A stretch of DNA of 64,000 nucleotides from Pseudomonadota bacterium. Its GTDB lineage: Bacteria; Bdellovibrionota_B; Oligoflexia; Silvanigrellales; Silvanigrellaceae. The stretch lies in NCBI GenBank assembly GCA_039799905.1, contig JBDLRP010000048.1:10024-74023 (forward strand), in the 5' to 3' direction. Of the stretch, positions 29,913 through 39,955 are shown one piece after another (position 1 is the stretch's first letter; each line of letters opens with the position of its first letter). Under the pieces are notes generated by a model. That model was not told the origin of the DNA. It searched no databases and was given only the letters and a program-made list of their open reading frames with translations. A program made the position numbers and the translations under genes.

Positions 29913-32293
29913 GCGCACAGGAGTTTGCCGTTCAATTTGGAAAAGTTCGCGTCAACACGGCGATTGGTGGATCACTGAGAATACTCACAGCCAGCCAGCG
30001 CATCTCGGCCTTCGACTGTGTGCTGCCTTTCGAAATCGAAAATAAGGGACAAATCCTGCAGGCCATTTCGGCCTATTTTTTCACGCAGACTCGTGACATC
30101 GTCGCCAATCACTTTGTCGCCTGTCTGGATTCGCAAAGCATGCTTGTGCGTTCGGGACACGTTTTACCTCTTGAAGTCATCGTCCGAGCGACACTCTCGG
30201 GAAGTTTGTGGCGCGCCTACAGCAGCGGCGGAACAGCCGAAGTTGCGCACAGTTTTGGCATCGAACTGCCGGACGGACTCAAACAACACGCACGTTTCGA
30301 TGCTCCCGTTGTCACATTCACGACCAAGGCCGCGTTCGGCCACGATGAAACCGTGACGTTTGCTCAGGCCATTGACCACGTCGACACATGGCTCAAGGGC
30401 AATTCAAATCTTCAACAGAGCACGACCATCAACGCAAAAGAATTGCTCGCGCAGGTCAAAGGCACGGCTGTCAGAGTCTTTGAGCGCGGTCAGGAGCTCA
30501 GTCATAAGGCGGGACTGCTGCTCCTTGATACCAAGTACGAGTTCGCGCTCGACGACAATCAACAGCTTATGCTGGTGGACGAGCTGCATACTCCCGATGC
30601 GTCCCGTTTCGTTGACCTGCAGCACTTCAATGAAGGCCGCATCGAACATCTTTCAAAAGAATGGCTGCGCGAAATCGTACAAAAAGAATTGACCGAATGG
30701 GAAAAGACAGCCGAAACACTCGAGCTGAACCAGCCATTCGTTCTGCGTTCATTCTGGGAACGTAACAATCTGCGCCGACGTCTGGCGGAAGGTCTGGCCG
30801 GACAATATCAAAACCTTTTCTCACGCTTTTTTCCGCAGCTCACGCCATGGGATGTGATTGCGCCCCACCTGCAGCCATGGCCGGTTGATCCTGTGACTGT
30901 GCGACAAGCCGAGTCGGCTCAGCGCCTGCCTGCAAAAATACTCGTTATCGGCAACGGCGGACGCGACTATACGATTGCCAGCTGCATCGAGAAGGCTGCG
31001 GAAGTGGACGTCGTCTATTGTTGGCCCGGACGCGACAGCTGGACCGGCGGCAAAAAGGCTTCGCTTGGCAAAATTTCTGAGGAACAGCTGATTGCCTTCT
31101 GCCAACAGCAGAACATCGGTTGGGCCGTGTTTGGTCCGGAGATTCCAATCGCACAAGGGCTCGCTGAAAAACTGCGCGCAAAAAACATTCCCTGCCTGGC
31201 GCCCGACCTTCAAGGTGCCATGCTCGAATCCTCAAAAATTCACACGAAGAATATTCTCCGGCAATCGGGTTGTCCGACCGCGGAGTCGTGGACTTTGGGC
31301 TGGAGTGAACTATCTTCGCTCTCACAGAATCATGTCTCGCATCCGGTTCTCGATGAGTATCCCTATGTTCTGAAATACGAGTCGCTGGCCGCAGGCAAAG
31401 GCGTCTGCCTTGTCAGAAATGCGCAGGAACGCAGCGAGGCGCTTGCCCACTTTGGTGAAAATCTGCCTGCGTGGACACAGGAGCTTGCAACACTGGCGGT
31501 CGACACCTTCTCAAAGCGGCAGGGAGAACCGCAATTCCTCGTTGAAAAACTCATCCACGGCAAAGAGATTTCTGCGATTGCCGTGTGCAACGGTGAAGAA
31601 TTTTTGCTGCTGCCCTACGCACAGGATTTCAAACGCCGTGACGACGGCCAAACCGGTCCGAACACCGGTGGAATGGGGTCAGTGTGTCCGGTGCCGATCT
31701 CGGAAAAACTCGATGGGCAAATCGTCAGCGTCTTTAAGAAGACTCTCAAACAACTCGCGGACGATGGACATCCCTATCGTGGATTTCTGTTTGCCGGCCT
31801 GATGGTCGACGACAATGACTGCGCTCAGGTGCTCGAATACAATTGCAGACTTGGCGATCCTGAAACTCAGGTCATATTGCCGAGTCTTGGCCGCGATTTC
31901 TTGCTCAGCCTGTGGCTGACCTCACGAAATATGCCGTGGACGCGCAGCCTGAAGCAACTTGGCCGCTTCCGCCATGACCGACTCAGCCGCTGTTTTGTTG
32001 TGATTGCATCGCCTGAATATCCAAACACAGCGGCGCCAAAACGTATATTGAAGCTTCCATCACAATGGCCGCTGGGATGCGAATGGATTCCTTCCGGAGT
32101 CGATGCCGGCGCCGCGACTTCAGCGGGCAGAATCGGCGGCGTGTTGTGCTCGGCAGAGACGGAAAAGAGAGCTGTTGAAGGTGCATACGCGGGAGTCGCG
32201 CAGATCTGTTTCGAAGGTACTCCGGCATCCGCGCCGCATTACCGAACGGATGTTTGTTTTCCACGGCTGAACAAGGAGTCTCTGCCTCAATGA
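29909..32293 (+). CDS. Bifunctional SAICAR synthetase / GAR synthetase (PurC-PurD fusion)
   Basis: N-half GKVR, RISAFD, DTKYEF, DELHTPDASRF; C-half from about 30935 KILVIGNGGR, LAAGKGV, GPNTGGMG, EYNCRLGDPETQ. Confidence 0.9.
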   Translation: MSAQEFAVQFGKVRVNTAIGGSLRILTASQRISAFDCVLPFEIENKGQILQAISAYFFTQTRDIVANHFVACLDSQSMLVRSGHVLPLEVIVRATLSGSLWRAYSSGGTAEVAHSFGIELPDGLKQHARFDAPVVTFTTKAAFGHDETVTFAQAIDHVDTWLKGNSNLQQSTTINAKELLAQVKGTAVRVFERGQELSHKAGLLLLDTKYEFALDDNQQLMLVDELHTPDASRFVDLQHFNEGRIEHLSKEWLREIVQKELTEWEKTAETLELNQPFVLRSFWERNNLRRRLAEGLAGQYQNLFSRFFPQLTPWDVIAPHLQPWPVDPVTVRQAESAQRLPAKILVIGNGGRDYTIASCIEKAAEVDVVYCWPGRDSWTGGKKASLGKISEEQLIAFCQQQNIGWAVFGPEIPIAQGLAEKLRAKNIPCLAPDLQGAMLESSKIHTKNILRQSGCPTAESWTLGWSELSSLSQNHVSHPVLDEYPYVLKYESLAAGKGVCLVRNAQERSEALAHFGENLPAWTQELATLAVDTFSKRQGEPQFLVEKLIHGKEISAIAVCNGEEFLLLPYAQDFKRRDDGQTGPNTGGMGSVCPVPISEKLDGQIVSVFKKTLKQLADDGHPYRGFLFAGLMVDDNDCAQVLEYNCRLGDPETQVILPSLGRDFLLSLWLTSRNMPWTRSLKQLGRFRHDRLSRCFVVIASPEYPNTAAPKRILKLPSQWPLGCEWIPSGVDAGAATSAGRIGGVLCSAETEKRAVEGAYAGVAQICFEGTPASAPHYRTDVCFPRLNKESLPQ

Positions 32294-32865
32294 TCGTCGC
32301 GTTGTGCAGCGGACAAGGCAGGACCTTTGAAGCGGTTGCACGCATTTTGGGTGCGCAGCTGAGCGACATGATCTGTGACGTCCCCGCTGCGGCGGTTGTA
32401 GGACGTGCCCAATCGCTGGGTGTGCGGACGCATTGCGTCGCACGCTCTGAGTTCCCCGATCGCGGCGCACATGAAAGTGCTGTGCTGGAGGCTCTCGAGA
32501 ACTGCACACCGTTTTCGATTGTCGCCCTGCTCGGCTATATGCGCATTCTCTCACCCAATTTTCTTGTGGCCATCAAGAAAAATTGGCCGCACAGCACCAT
32601 CATCAATCTGCATCCGGCACCGATGTCGCTCTACAAGGGAAGCAAGGGTCTGCAACACGCTCTCGACAGACGCTTTCCGCACTGGGGACTCAGTGTGCAT
32701 AAAGTAACAGATGAACTGGATGCTGGACCTTTGCTCGCATTTCGCAATCTAGAGATTTTCCCGACAGACACTTTTGAAATTTTGCGCGAACGCGCCCATC
32801 CGCTCGAAGTTTCGGCGGTTCTGGAAGCCATCGATATCCTGACACGGAGGAGTCTGCAGCCATGA
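32290..32865 (+). CDS. purN: Phosphoribosylglycinamide formyltransferase
   Basis: SGQG, GYMRILS, INLHP, VHKVTDELDAGP; ATG overlaps upstream stop (ATGA). Confidence 0.9.
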   Translation: MIVALCSGQGRTFEAVARILGAQLSDMICDVPAAAVVGRAQSLGVRTHCVARSEFPDRGAHESAVLEALENCTPFSIVALLGYMRILSPNFLVAIKKNWPHSTIINLHPAPMSLYKGSKGLQHALDRRFPHWGLSVHKVTDELDAGPLLAFRNLEIFPTDTFEILRERAHPLEVSAVLEAIDILTRRSLQP

Positions 32866-33845
32866 CACAACAGCAAAAACCTTCACAACCGCTGGCACCC
32901 GCATACACGCGCGCAGGTGTTGATATTGCTGCGGGCGAGGACCTCGTTGAAAAAATCCGTGCCGGCAATCCGGCCATCGGTGGCTTTGCGGGGCTCTACC
33001 CGCTCGATGAAGAGAGATTTCTGGTTGGCTGCACGGACGGAGTGGGAACCAAAATCGAGCTGAGCCTGCAAATGGACAGACTTGAGGATTTGGGGCAGGA
33101 CCTCGTTGCCATGAGTGTCAACGACCTCGTCGTCTGCGGCGCACGCCCACTTTTTTTCTTGGATTATTTTGCATGCGGCAAGCTGGATGTTCAGCAGGCA
33201 CACCGCGTCATCAGCGGCATTCAAAAGGCATGTCTTGCAAGCGGCTGTGTTCTTCTGGGCGGTGAAACGGCAGAGATGCCCGGCTTTTATCAGCCACCGA
33301 AATTCGACATCGCCGGATTCGCTGTTGGTGAGGTGCACAGGTCGGCACTGGTCGACGGACGAACCGTGAATGTCGGTGACTTGTTGATTGGACTGCCCAG
33401 TACCGGCTTTCATGCCAACGGATTTTCTCTGGTGCGCAAGATTGTGCAGGAGCAAAAACTACAACTCAACGAGAAATATGACATCCTGCAGGGCCAGTCG
33501 CTCGGCGAGGCGCTCACACACCCGACAGCGCTGTATCCGAAGGCGGTGCAGAAGATTCTCACCCGCGCGCCGATTAAAGCCATGGCACACATCACCGGCG
33601 GCGGACTGCGCAACATTCAGCGGGTCCTTCCTGAAGGACTGACCCACAGCGTCGACCGCAGCGCAATTCCCTGCCCGCCTGCTATCAGATTCATTTCGCA
33701 ACAAGGTCAGATTTCCGAGGACGAGGCATTCACGGTCTGGAATATGGGACTAGGTTTTGTGTTCGTAGTTCCACCCCATGCCGCGCAACTTGTTCTGAAC
33801 GTGCTGGAGGGCTCTTTCGTGTGCGGAGAAATCGTCCGCAGCTGA
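32862..33845 (+). CDS. purM: AIR synthetase
   Basis: Y..AGVDI, TDGVGTK, DLVAMSVND, GGETAEMPG, HITGGG, NMGLG. Confidence 0.97.
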   Translation: MTQQQKPSQPLAPAYTRAGVDIAAGEDLVEKIRAGNPAIGGFAGLYPLDEERFLVGCTDGVGTKIELSLQMDRLEDLGQDLVAMSVNDLVVCGARPLFFLDYFACGKLDVQQAHRVISGIQKACLASGCVLLGGETAEMPGFYQPPKFDIAGFAVGEVHRSALVDGRTVNVGDLLIGLPSTGFHANGFSLVRKIVQEQKLQLNEKYDILQGQSLGEALTHPTALYPKAVQKILTRAPIKAMAHITGGGLRNIQRVLPEGLTHSVDRSAIPCPPAIRFISQQGQISEDEAFTVWNMGLGFVFVVPPHAAQLVLNVLEGSFVCGEIVRS

Positions 33846-33858
33846 GCAAAGCTGCGAA

Positions 33859-34389
33859 TCAATCACTGCTGACCGGAACCAGCAAAACGTTGTGTTTGCT
33901 TGCATACTGAGACACAAGACAGCGGCAATCGGAGAATGTTTTTCCCGTCACACCCGCGAAAAAATTGCCCTGCCCTGCGACTGCTGTCCAGCCAGCCTTG
34001 TCGTTATCAGTCGACAATTTTTGTGCGATATCCTCATCTCCTGCAACAAAACCACATTTGAGTGGCGTTGCCTCCGGCGCACTGATGTCGCTGCTCTGTA
34101 GTTTCTGAATCGATTCCGTCGGCATGGATGCCAGCGTAAGGAGTGCCTTGGAACTGATTTCGGCAGACACGAACGGATCCAGTTCGGGCACCAGCTGATT
34201 AGCAGCGTTTTGATCTCCGCCGTTCTGTTTGTTCGGGTCGTTCTGTACAGCGAGGCGGTCTATCTTTGCTCCGGGCAAAACAATCGGCGCCTGCTGTGCA
34301 CAACCAACAGCACTCCAAGCGACAAGCCATACGCCCATCAAAAGCACTCTGTGTTCTTTTCTCAGAATCTTATTGTCTGGCGCCAACAT
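33859..34389 (-). CDS. Hypothetical lipoprotein downstream of S8 protease
   Basis: Hydrophobic stretch ending AVGC; start chosen at ATG 34389 (ORF track extends further into the protease gene). Confidence 0.6.
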   Translation of the reverse strand: MLAPDNKILRKEHRVLLMGVWLVAWSAVGCAQQAPIVLPGAKIDRLAVQNDPNKQNGGDQNAANQLVPELDPFVSAEISSKALLTLASMPTESIQKLQSSDISAPEATPLKCGFVAGDEDIAQKLSTDNDKAGWTAVAGQGNFFAGVTGKTFSDCRCLVSQYASKHNVLLVPVSSD

Positions 34390-36646
34390 TGCACGCCTCC
34401 GTCTGAACTGAAGTGGATTGATCAGCAAAATCACAACGGCCGGCGTTACGATTTGCACCCGCCAAGAGCTTGCGGCAGACGTTGTTGCAGATGTTCTTGT
34501 TTGCAGTCGGGAACACTGCCAAAGTCTTGTTGTCGGCCAGCACACGGCAGAACGACTTCGACTGTCCTGCCAGAAAAAGTCCATTGGCGGTGCTAAGATT
34601 CATTACCCTCACTCCAGCCACAGGAATTGCCGAGCCGCCAGCTGATGAGGACACTGACAACGGCAGCGCCGCACCATCTGCCGGAGCCTGCATCGTGGAT
34701 GGAATTTCTCCAACACAGGTTCCGTCTCCTGCAGAGCAGGTTCCAACCTCAGTCGTTCCAAGCAAAAGTTTCGCATTCTTCAGCGAATCTTCAGGGACAC
34801 CCTCGAGCGAAACCAGCAATGGAGCACCAACACCAGCGCTCGCTTCATTTACTTTCGATTGTGCCGGGGCGTTGCTTACCTTCACAGACAATCCACCAAG
34901 GGAAGCGACTGCGCGCTCCAGATTGATCCGTCGGCCGCTGATTATCTTATTTTGAAAAGTCGGCTCCTGATCAGCACTGCCAAAGACGATATCGCGTATC
35001 TCGGTTGCGCTCCGGTTGGGCGCCAAACTCCATACCAACGCGAAAACCCCCGCTGCATTGGGCGATGCCATGCTGGTTCCATCAAGATATTCATATCCTC
35101 TGTCCGGCATTGCAGTGATCGCGGCGCGGAACTTTTCAGTGACATTGAGATTCGGCGGAACCTGCCGCAACCCCAACGATCTGGGCACCAGCTGCCTTGG
35201 CCATGTCGACATAATTCTCTCGCCCGGAGCAGACAGATGAACATATTGGCTGCTGAAGTTTGAGAACTCCGATATCTCGTTATTTGCGTTGTGAGATGCA
35301 ATTGTGACTAACGCAGGGTGCCGCAACGATGCCGGAAACTTTGTCACGGCAACAATGTCTTCTGTATCGTTTCCCGCTGCCACGACGACCAGACCTCCAG
35401 CATTAGCAATCCGCGACACTGCGGCGTAGCCGGGTGAGTTAGGACCGATCGCATTTGCGCTCGTGTTTCCTCCCAACGACATGTTGACGACTTTGGCCTT
35501 GATGTCGGCGGCATAGTTCATGGCTGCCAGCGTCACTGCATTTTCGGCACCCTCTCCACATTTGCCAAAAACCCGCAGTGCTACGATTTCAGCTTTCCAG
35601 CAGACGCCCGCTATACCGACACCATTGTTGCCGACAGCGCCGATGGTTCCTGAAACGTGAGTACCGTGGCCATCCGCATCTTCGAATTGGTTGGGCGGTG
35701 GAGTCGCAGTGGCGTTTGAACCGGCCGGCAACTGACCGGTATCGCAGTTTTTAGCAAGATCGATTCCTGAAACAAAATTACGCGACAGTTGCTTGTTGAC
35801 GTTTGCGGAAAGATCCGGATGTTCGGCATCAATACCGGAGTCAATCACAGCAACGCGAATTGCACTACAATCCCGCTTGGTATCCCAAGCCAACGCTGCC
35901 TTCATGCTCGCAGCAACATTGACACGCGGAAGAACAGTGTTTCTGCCGAAGATCGCACTCGAATCGGGATCTCCTGCCGCGTAGAGCGTCGGGAGAAGAG
36001 GGTCATTCGAAAACTTACCGCGTCTAACGACAGTATTGTGCTCAACCAAGGAAACCGCCGGTGAGTCTTTAATTTTTTCCATCGTCTGTTCAAACTCACG
36101 GGCGTCTGCGGGAGCGATGGTCACCCGCCACATGACTGGAGTTCCCAGAGAAGAAACCGCCGTGACGCCAGCCGCTTTCAACTGACTCAGCAAACCCGAC
36201 TCCGCCTGTGGTTGATGCGTGACAACAACAAGACTGTCGGCAAACCACTCGATGCCGGACGTTTCGTTGGGCGCATCGGTTTGTCGTTGAAAAACGACGG
36301 GTCGACCCGAACGGTTCACGTACCAGCGAAAATCCGATCCGCCTTCCGTATAGCCCTTACCAGCAACCAACGTGTAACCGTTTTTTTGTTCCCAAGCGAC
36401 AATATCAATGGACGGCTTTTGCTCCTTGTTGCGAGCTTGATCTGCAGCCCTAAGTCTTGAGGTGGTTATCATGGCATCGTCCGCACCCCTGGGCTGGACC
36501 GTCGCAGAGATCTTTGGTGAATGAGCATCTGCAGTATCCACTTCGGCGGACATGCGCACTTCCCGACGGCTGCCTGCGTACCAGACTCCCACAATGGCAA
36601 CAGCCGTCAGGCTGTAGACGACGACTCTTGGTGAAGTTTTCTTCAT
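34370..36646 (-). CDS. Subtilisin-like S8 serine protease, membrane-anchored/secreted, with Cys-rich C-terminus
   Basis: Catalytic triad motifs AVIDSGID, HGTHVSG, GTSMASP; oxyanion AAGND; N-terminal TM. Confidence 0.93.
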   Translation of the reverse strand: MKKTSPRVVVYSLTAVAIVGVWYAGSRREVRMSAEVDTADAHSPKISATVQPRGADDAMITTSRLRAADQARNKEQKPSIDIVAWEQKNGYTLVAGKGYTEGGSDFRWYVNRSGRPVVFQRQTDAPNETSGIEWFADSLVVVTHQPQAESGLLSQLKAAGVTAVSSLGTPVMWRVTIAPADAREFEQTMEKIKDSPAVSLVEHNTVVRRGKFSNDPLLPTLYAAGDPDSSAIFGRNTVLPRVNVAASMKAALAWDTKRDCSAIRVAVIDSGIDAEHPDLSANVNKQLSRNFVSGIDLAKNCDTGQLPAGSNATATPPPNQFEDADGHGTHVSGTIGAVGNNGVGIAGVCWKAEIVALRVFGKCGEGAENAVTLAAMNYAADIKAKVVNMSLGGNTSANAIGPNSPGYAAVSRIANAGGLVVVAAGNDTEDIVAVTKFPASLRHPALVTIASHNANNEISEFSNFSSQYVHLSAPGERIMSTWPRQLVPRSLGLRQVPPNLNVTEKFRAAITAMPDRGYEYLDGTSMASPNAAGVFALVWSLAPNRSATEIRDIVFGSADQEPTFQNKIISGRRINLERAVASLGGLSVKVSNAPAQSKVNEASAGVGAPLLVSLEGVPEDSLKNAKLLLGTTEVGTCSAGDGTCVGEIPSTMQAPADGAALPLSVSSSAGGSAIPVAGVRVMNLSTANGLFLAGQSKSFCRVLADNKTLAVFPTANKNICNNVCRKLLAGANRNAGRCDFADQSTSVQTEACNVGARQ

Positions 36647-36678
36647 AGGCGCTTCCAATTTTTTAGATCAGCTTCTTA

Positions 36679-36706
36679 TTATCGGCAATCTCAAAAAACC
36701 TCTTAA
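36679..36706 (-). promoter_or_regulatory. Sigma-28-like promoter for S8 protease
   Basis: TTAAG-N15-GCCGATAA (perfect -10 element). Confidence 0.7.
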
Positions 36707-36822
36707 AGAAATTAAAAAAAACTGACTTTACGCTTATCTACAAACAGATCTGTAGGGCACCCACCGACTGACGCGAACAACAATCGGCTCACACTTCAGA
36801 CAGGGAAAAAATTGCCGCCGAG

Positions 36823-38628
36823 GTGTTCGTCATTTGTCCGAAAAACCTGAAAGGGAGACGTAAACAGGTGAGAAGAGTGCCAAGAACAATGTTGATTGGG
36901 TTGTTCTTTGTGGCTGGCGTTCTGGGCGCTTGCCTGCGCAAGCCGTTGATTGCAGGCAAATCGCCGCAACTTAACAGCCCCGTGATCTCGGCAACACCCG
37001 CAGCAGACACCCCTGAATCTCCGGCCGGACTCGCACAGTACCTTCCCCTCACCGAACGGAATGCTTTAGGAGCCAGATTTCAGGACAGTTCGCTCGCGGA
37101 TTTATACCTCAGCCTTGCCGTTTGTGATTGTCTACCAAAGCTGCAGGTAAAATTGATCACTTCGTTGAATGCCGATCGGGGAGCCCTGCCGCAAGCACTG
37201 ATGCCGGCCGTACGACGCGAAATCCTCGGTAATTCAAAATTGAAGATTCTCGAAATTGTGCCGCGCCCGCTGGATGATTTTGTCGGCGGTATTTTTGCAG
37301 ATGAACAAACGGTTGCCAAAGAGATAAACACAGGACTCGTTGACAAAATCAAACTCGCCGAAGCACGCTGGGCAGCTGCGGAGAATTTGCCCCTACTTCA
37401 GCTCGACGGCTTTCCGCCGTTGCCGGGAACACGTGTTTCATCTTCGGGACGTTCAGTGAGGATGATCGACGTCTGGACTCGTTGGAGCCTTATTCTCTCG
37501 CAGGGTGGTCCTTGGAGCAGTGAGCGGAGTGTTTCGAATGACTCCGGACTGCTCTGGCATGAATTGTTGCGCTCACTCGCAGAAGGTGAATATCTGTTCG
37601 GTTTGGGCGGCAGCGACGGTAAATCTTGGGGTGGCCTGACAATACCTGTCGATCTGCAAATCAACAATCCCGGACCATTTGATCCGCGCACATCCTACAG
37701 TCAGGTGCGCTTCCTCAGCGGACAACTCGACCTGACTCTTTCGAGTAACAACTCACTCAGTCTTGCCCGCTTCGGCGGTGACCGCTGGAGTTGGCGTGAA
37801 AGCAACGTCCCTCTTGCAGAACAGGCGACACAGTGGTGGGTCGCAGCGCGCGCACTAAACAGGCTGCGCCCGCTCAACCGAGGTGAGTTCACGACACTGT
37901 TTCCGACCCTCATTCCGGACGATTCATATCAACTTTCGCTGCTGGTGCTGCCGTCGCTCGATGCACTGCTGTCAGGACGCTTTATTGATGAGGTTTCACG
38001 ACTGATTCGTGCCTACATCAGTGGTGCGCAAGTGGGGGGAGTCGCTCCCTCAGTGCGCGAGCGGGCGGATGCACAGACACAGAGTTTGCTCCTCATGGCA
38101 ATGAGCGCTTGGATAAAAGAACTCAGCACAACATCGGACCTGAGTGTTTCTTCAGAAACTGCGACACAGCTGCGCAATGCACCTCGGTCTTTGCTGCGAG
38201 GAGCGCAACTTATTGTTCAAAATTTGCTTGGGCAGACTCTTGCGCCGCGGCCGATCACAAATGAACAGATCAGTGATGCCTTATTCAGTGTCTACGCGAA
38301 TTCCGCTGACACCAGCCAAGGTGAACTTTCCGTCCGCGACCACGCACAGGTTCTGCATGCACTGGTCAGTGCCGAGAAGAATTTGATGCCCAGCCCCTAT
38401 CTGCGTGCGCGTGTGCTTCAACTCGCCGCCGGTTTGGCTCAACGGTGGCAGGAAGCGCGTTCATTTGACCCGAGCAAAGATCCCCTCGCGCCACTGTTGT
38501 GGCTCAAGGCGGCTGGCGAACTTTTGGTCGTTACCTATCCTGATGCACCCATCAGTGCATCATTCAGGGGTATTAGCTCAGAAATCGATGTATTGCTGCG
38601 CTCCTTCGAGGAGGCCGCACTGCGATGA
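36823..38628 (+). CDS. Hypothetical lipoprotein (true start probably a little downstream)
   Basis: Long ORF; lipobox-like VLGAC; ATGA overlap with the next gene. Confidence 0.7.
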   Translation: MFVICPKNLKGRRKQVRRVPRTMLIGLFFVAGVLGACLRKPLIAGKSPQLNSPVISATPAADTPESPAGLAQYLPLTERNALGARFQDSSLADLYLSLAVCDCLPKLQVKLITSLNADRGALPQALMPAVRREILGNSKLKILEIVPRPLDDFVGGIFADEQTVAKEINTGLVDKIKLAEARWAAAENLPLLQLDGFPPLPGTRVSSSGRSVRMIDVWTRWSLILSQGGPWSSERSVSNDSGLLWHELLRSLAEGEYLFGLGGSDGKSWGGLTIPVDLQINNPGPFDPRTSYSQVRFLSGQLDLTLSSNNSLSLARFGGDRWSWRESNVPLAEQATQWWVAARALNRLRPLNRGEFTTLFPTLIPDDSYQLSLLVLPSLDALLSGRFIDEVSRLIRAYISGAQVGGVAPSVRERADAQTQSLLLMAMSAWIKELSTTSDLSVSSETATQLRNAPRSLLRGAQLIVQNLLGQTLAPRPITNEQISDALFSVYANSADTSQGELSVRDHAQVLHALVSAEKNLMPSPYLRARVLQLAAGLAQRWQEARSFDPSKDPLAPLLWLKAAGELLVVTYPDAPISASFRGISSEIDVLLRSFEEAALR

Positions 38629-39944
38629 AAAGAACCGAACGACATAAATTTCAACTGCGGCTGCGCAAAATATCTTTTACTTTGACTTGCCTGTTTTCCA
38701 TTTCGCAAAAGGCACTGGCGCAATATGCGGGTGTGGTACCAGAAGGTGTACTGGCGGTGATTGGTGCACACCGCACCTATCAGGATCAAACCAACACATG
38801 GAATGCAAATGGCATACGCACTCCTCTGAAAAGCAAAGCACGGCTCAACTTCGATGGACAGCATCTGCTGCAGGGTGAGGGCGGAGCACGACTGCAGTCG
38901 CTTGCCGAGGAATTGCGCCGCTACGAGCCGCAGCAAGACAATCCGAACAGTCTTGTACGGCGGCTCAATCTGGGGACACTGAACGTCGGCGGCAGTGGCA
39001 AATTGAATATACAGTACTTTGGCTTTGCACTTGGCTTGCCTGCGCGGCAGGCTGTGTATGTCGCAGCACCGATTGTCGACCTGCAGGTCAGAACAAATTT
39101 CACTCTGACCGGTTCCAATAATGCTGCCGCCATTAAAGATGAGCTGGGTGCACTCGCATACGAGGAACTGCGCAGCGGACTTGAACAGGCGGCTCTGCTC
39201 ACCGAGCGCGACATCAAGGCAAGCATTGAAGCCGCGGAATATACTGGTGTCGACAGCTGGCGCTACCGCAACTTTGCCGACATCGTTCTCGGCTATGCGA
39301 CCGACCTTGTCGAAGCAGATGAAACAACCACAGACGAACCTGATTTTTCTTTACAGGGTGAAATTTTCTCAACCGCACCAACCGGCCACGTTGACAATCC
39401 CGATGTACTTTCGGACGTGTCCATCGGCAGTGGAACGTGGGGATTCGGACTCGGACTTGCCCCCAGAATTGCACTCGGTCCGTACACACTCGGCCTCGAG
39501 GCCAACGCGACAGGATATCTTCCGTCACGTCAAAAAATGCGTGTTCCGATTTCGGATGAAACGATCATTCCCGCCAACCGTAGAACGACCGTCAACGTCA
39601 AGACGGGTCTTAGCTGGGAAGTGACAGCCCTCGCTGAGGCCAAATTCGACTGGTTTCAACCGCAATACAGATTCATCTTCAAGCGCCACGAACGCGATCA
39701 TCTCAGCGGCCAACTGACAGGCAATTATGAGCAACTGATGAAGAGCAGCGAGCGGACGCAGTGGGAGCATGCAGTCTGGGTTTATTTTTCGACGATAGAA
39801 GCCTTCAAAAGAAACGAATTTCCGATTCCAATACGTATTAAGGTTGCTGCCAACCAGATTTTTAAGGGCTACAACTCTTTTGATGAATCATTTATTGAGT
39901 TGCAGTTGACCAGTTTTTTACCGACACCATGGATGCCTGAATAG
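38625..39944 (+). CDS. Hypothetical exported, probably outer-membrane beta-barrel protein
   Basis: Signal peptide ending ALA; alternating beta-strand pattern; APTG/GSGTW motifs typical of porin-like proteins. Confidence 0.6.
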   Translation: MKRTERHKFQLRLRKISFTLTCLFSISQKALAQYAGVVPEGVLAVIGAHRTYQDQTNTWNANGIRTPLKSKARLNFDGQHLLQGEGGARLQSLAEELRRYEPQQDNPNSLVRRLNLGTLNVGGSGKLNIQYFGFALGLPARQAVYVAAPIVDLQVRTNFTLTGSNNAAAIKDELGALAYEELRSGLEQAALLTERDIKASIEAAEYTGVDSWRYRNFADIVLGYATDLVEADETTTDEPDFSLQGEIFSTAPTGHVDNPDVLSDVSIGSGTWGFGLGLAPRIALGPYTLGLEANATGYLPSRQKMRVPISDETIIPANRRTTVNVKTGLSWEVTALAEAKFDWFQPQYRFIFKRHERDHLSGQLTGNYEQLMKSSERTQWEHAVWVYFSTIEAFKRNEFPIPIRIKVAANQIFKGYNSFDESFIELQLTSFLPTPWMPE

Positions 39945-39955
39945 GAAACGAACCA

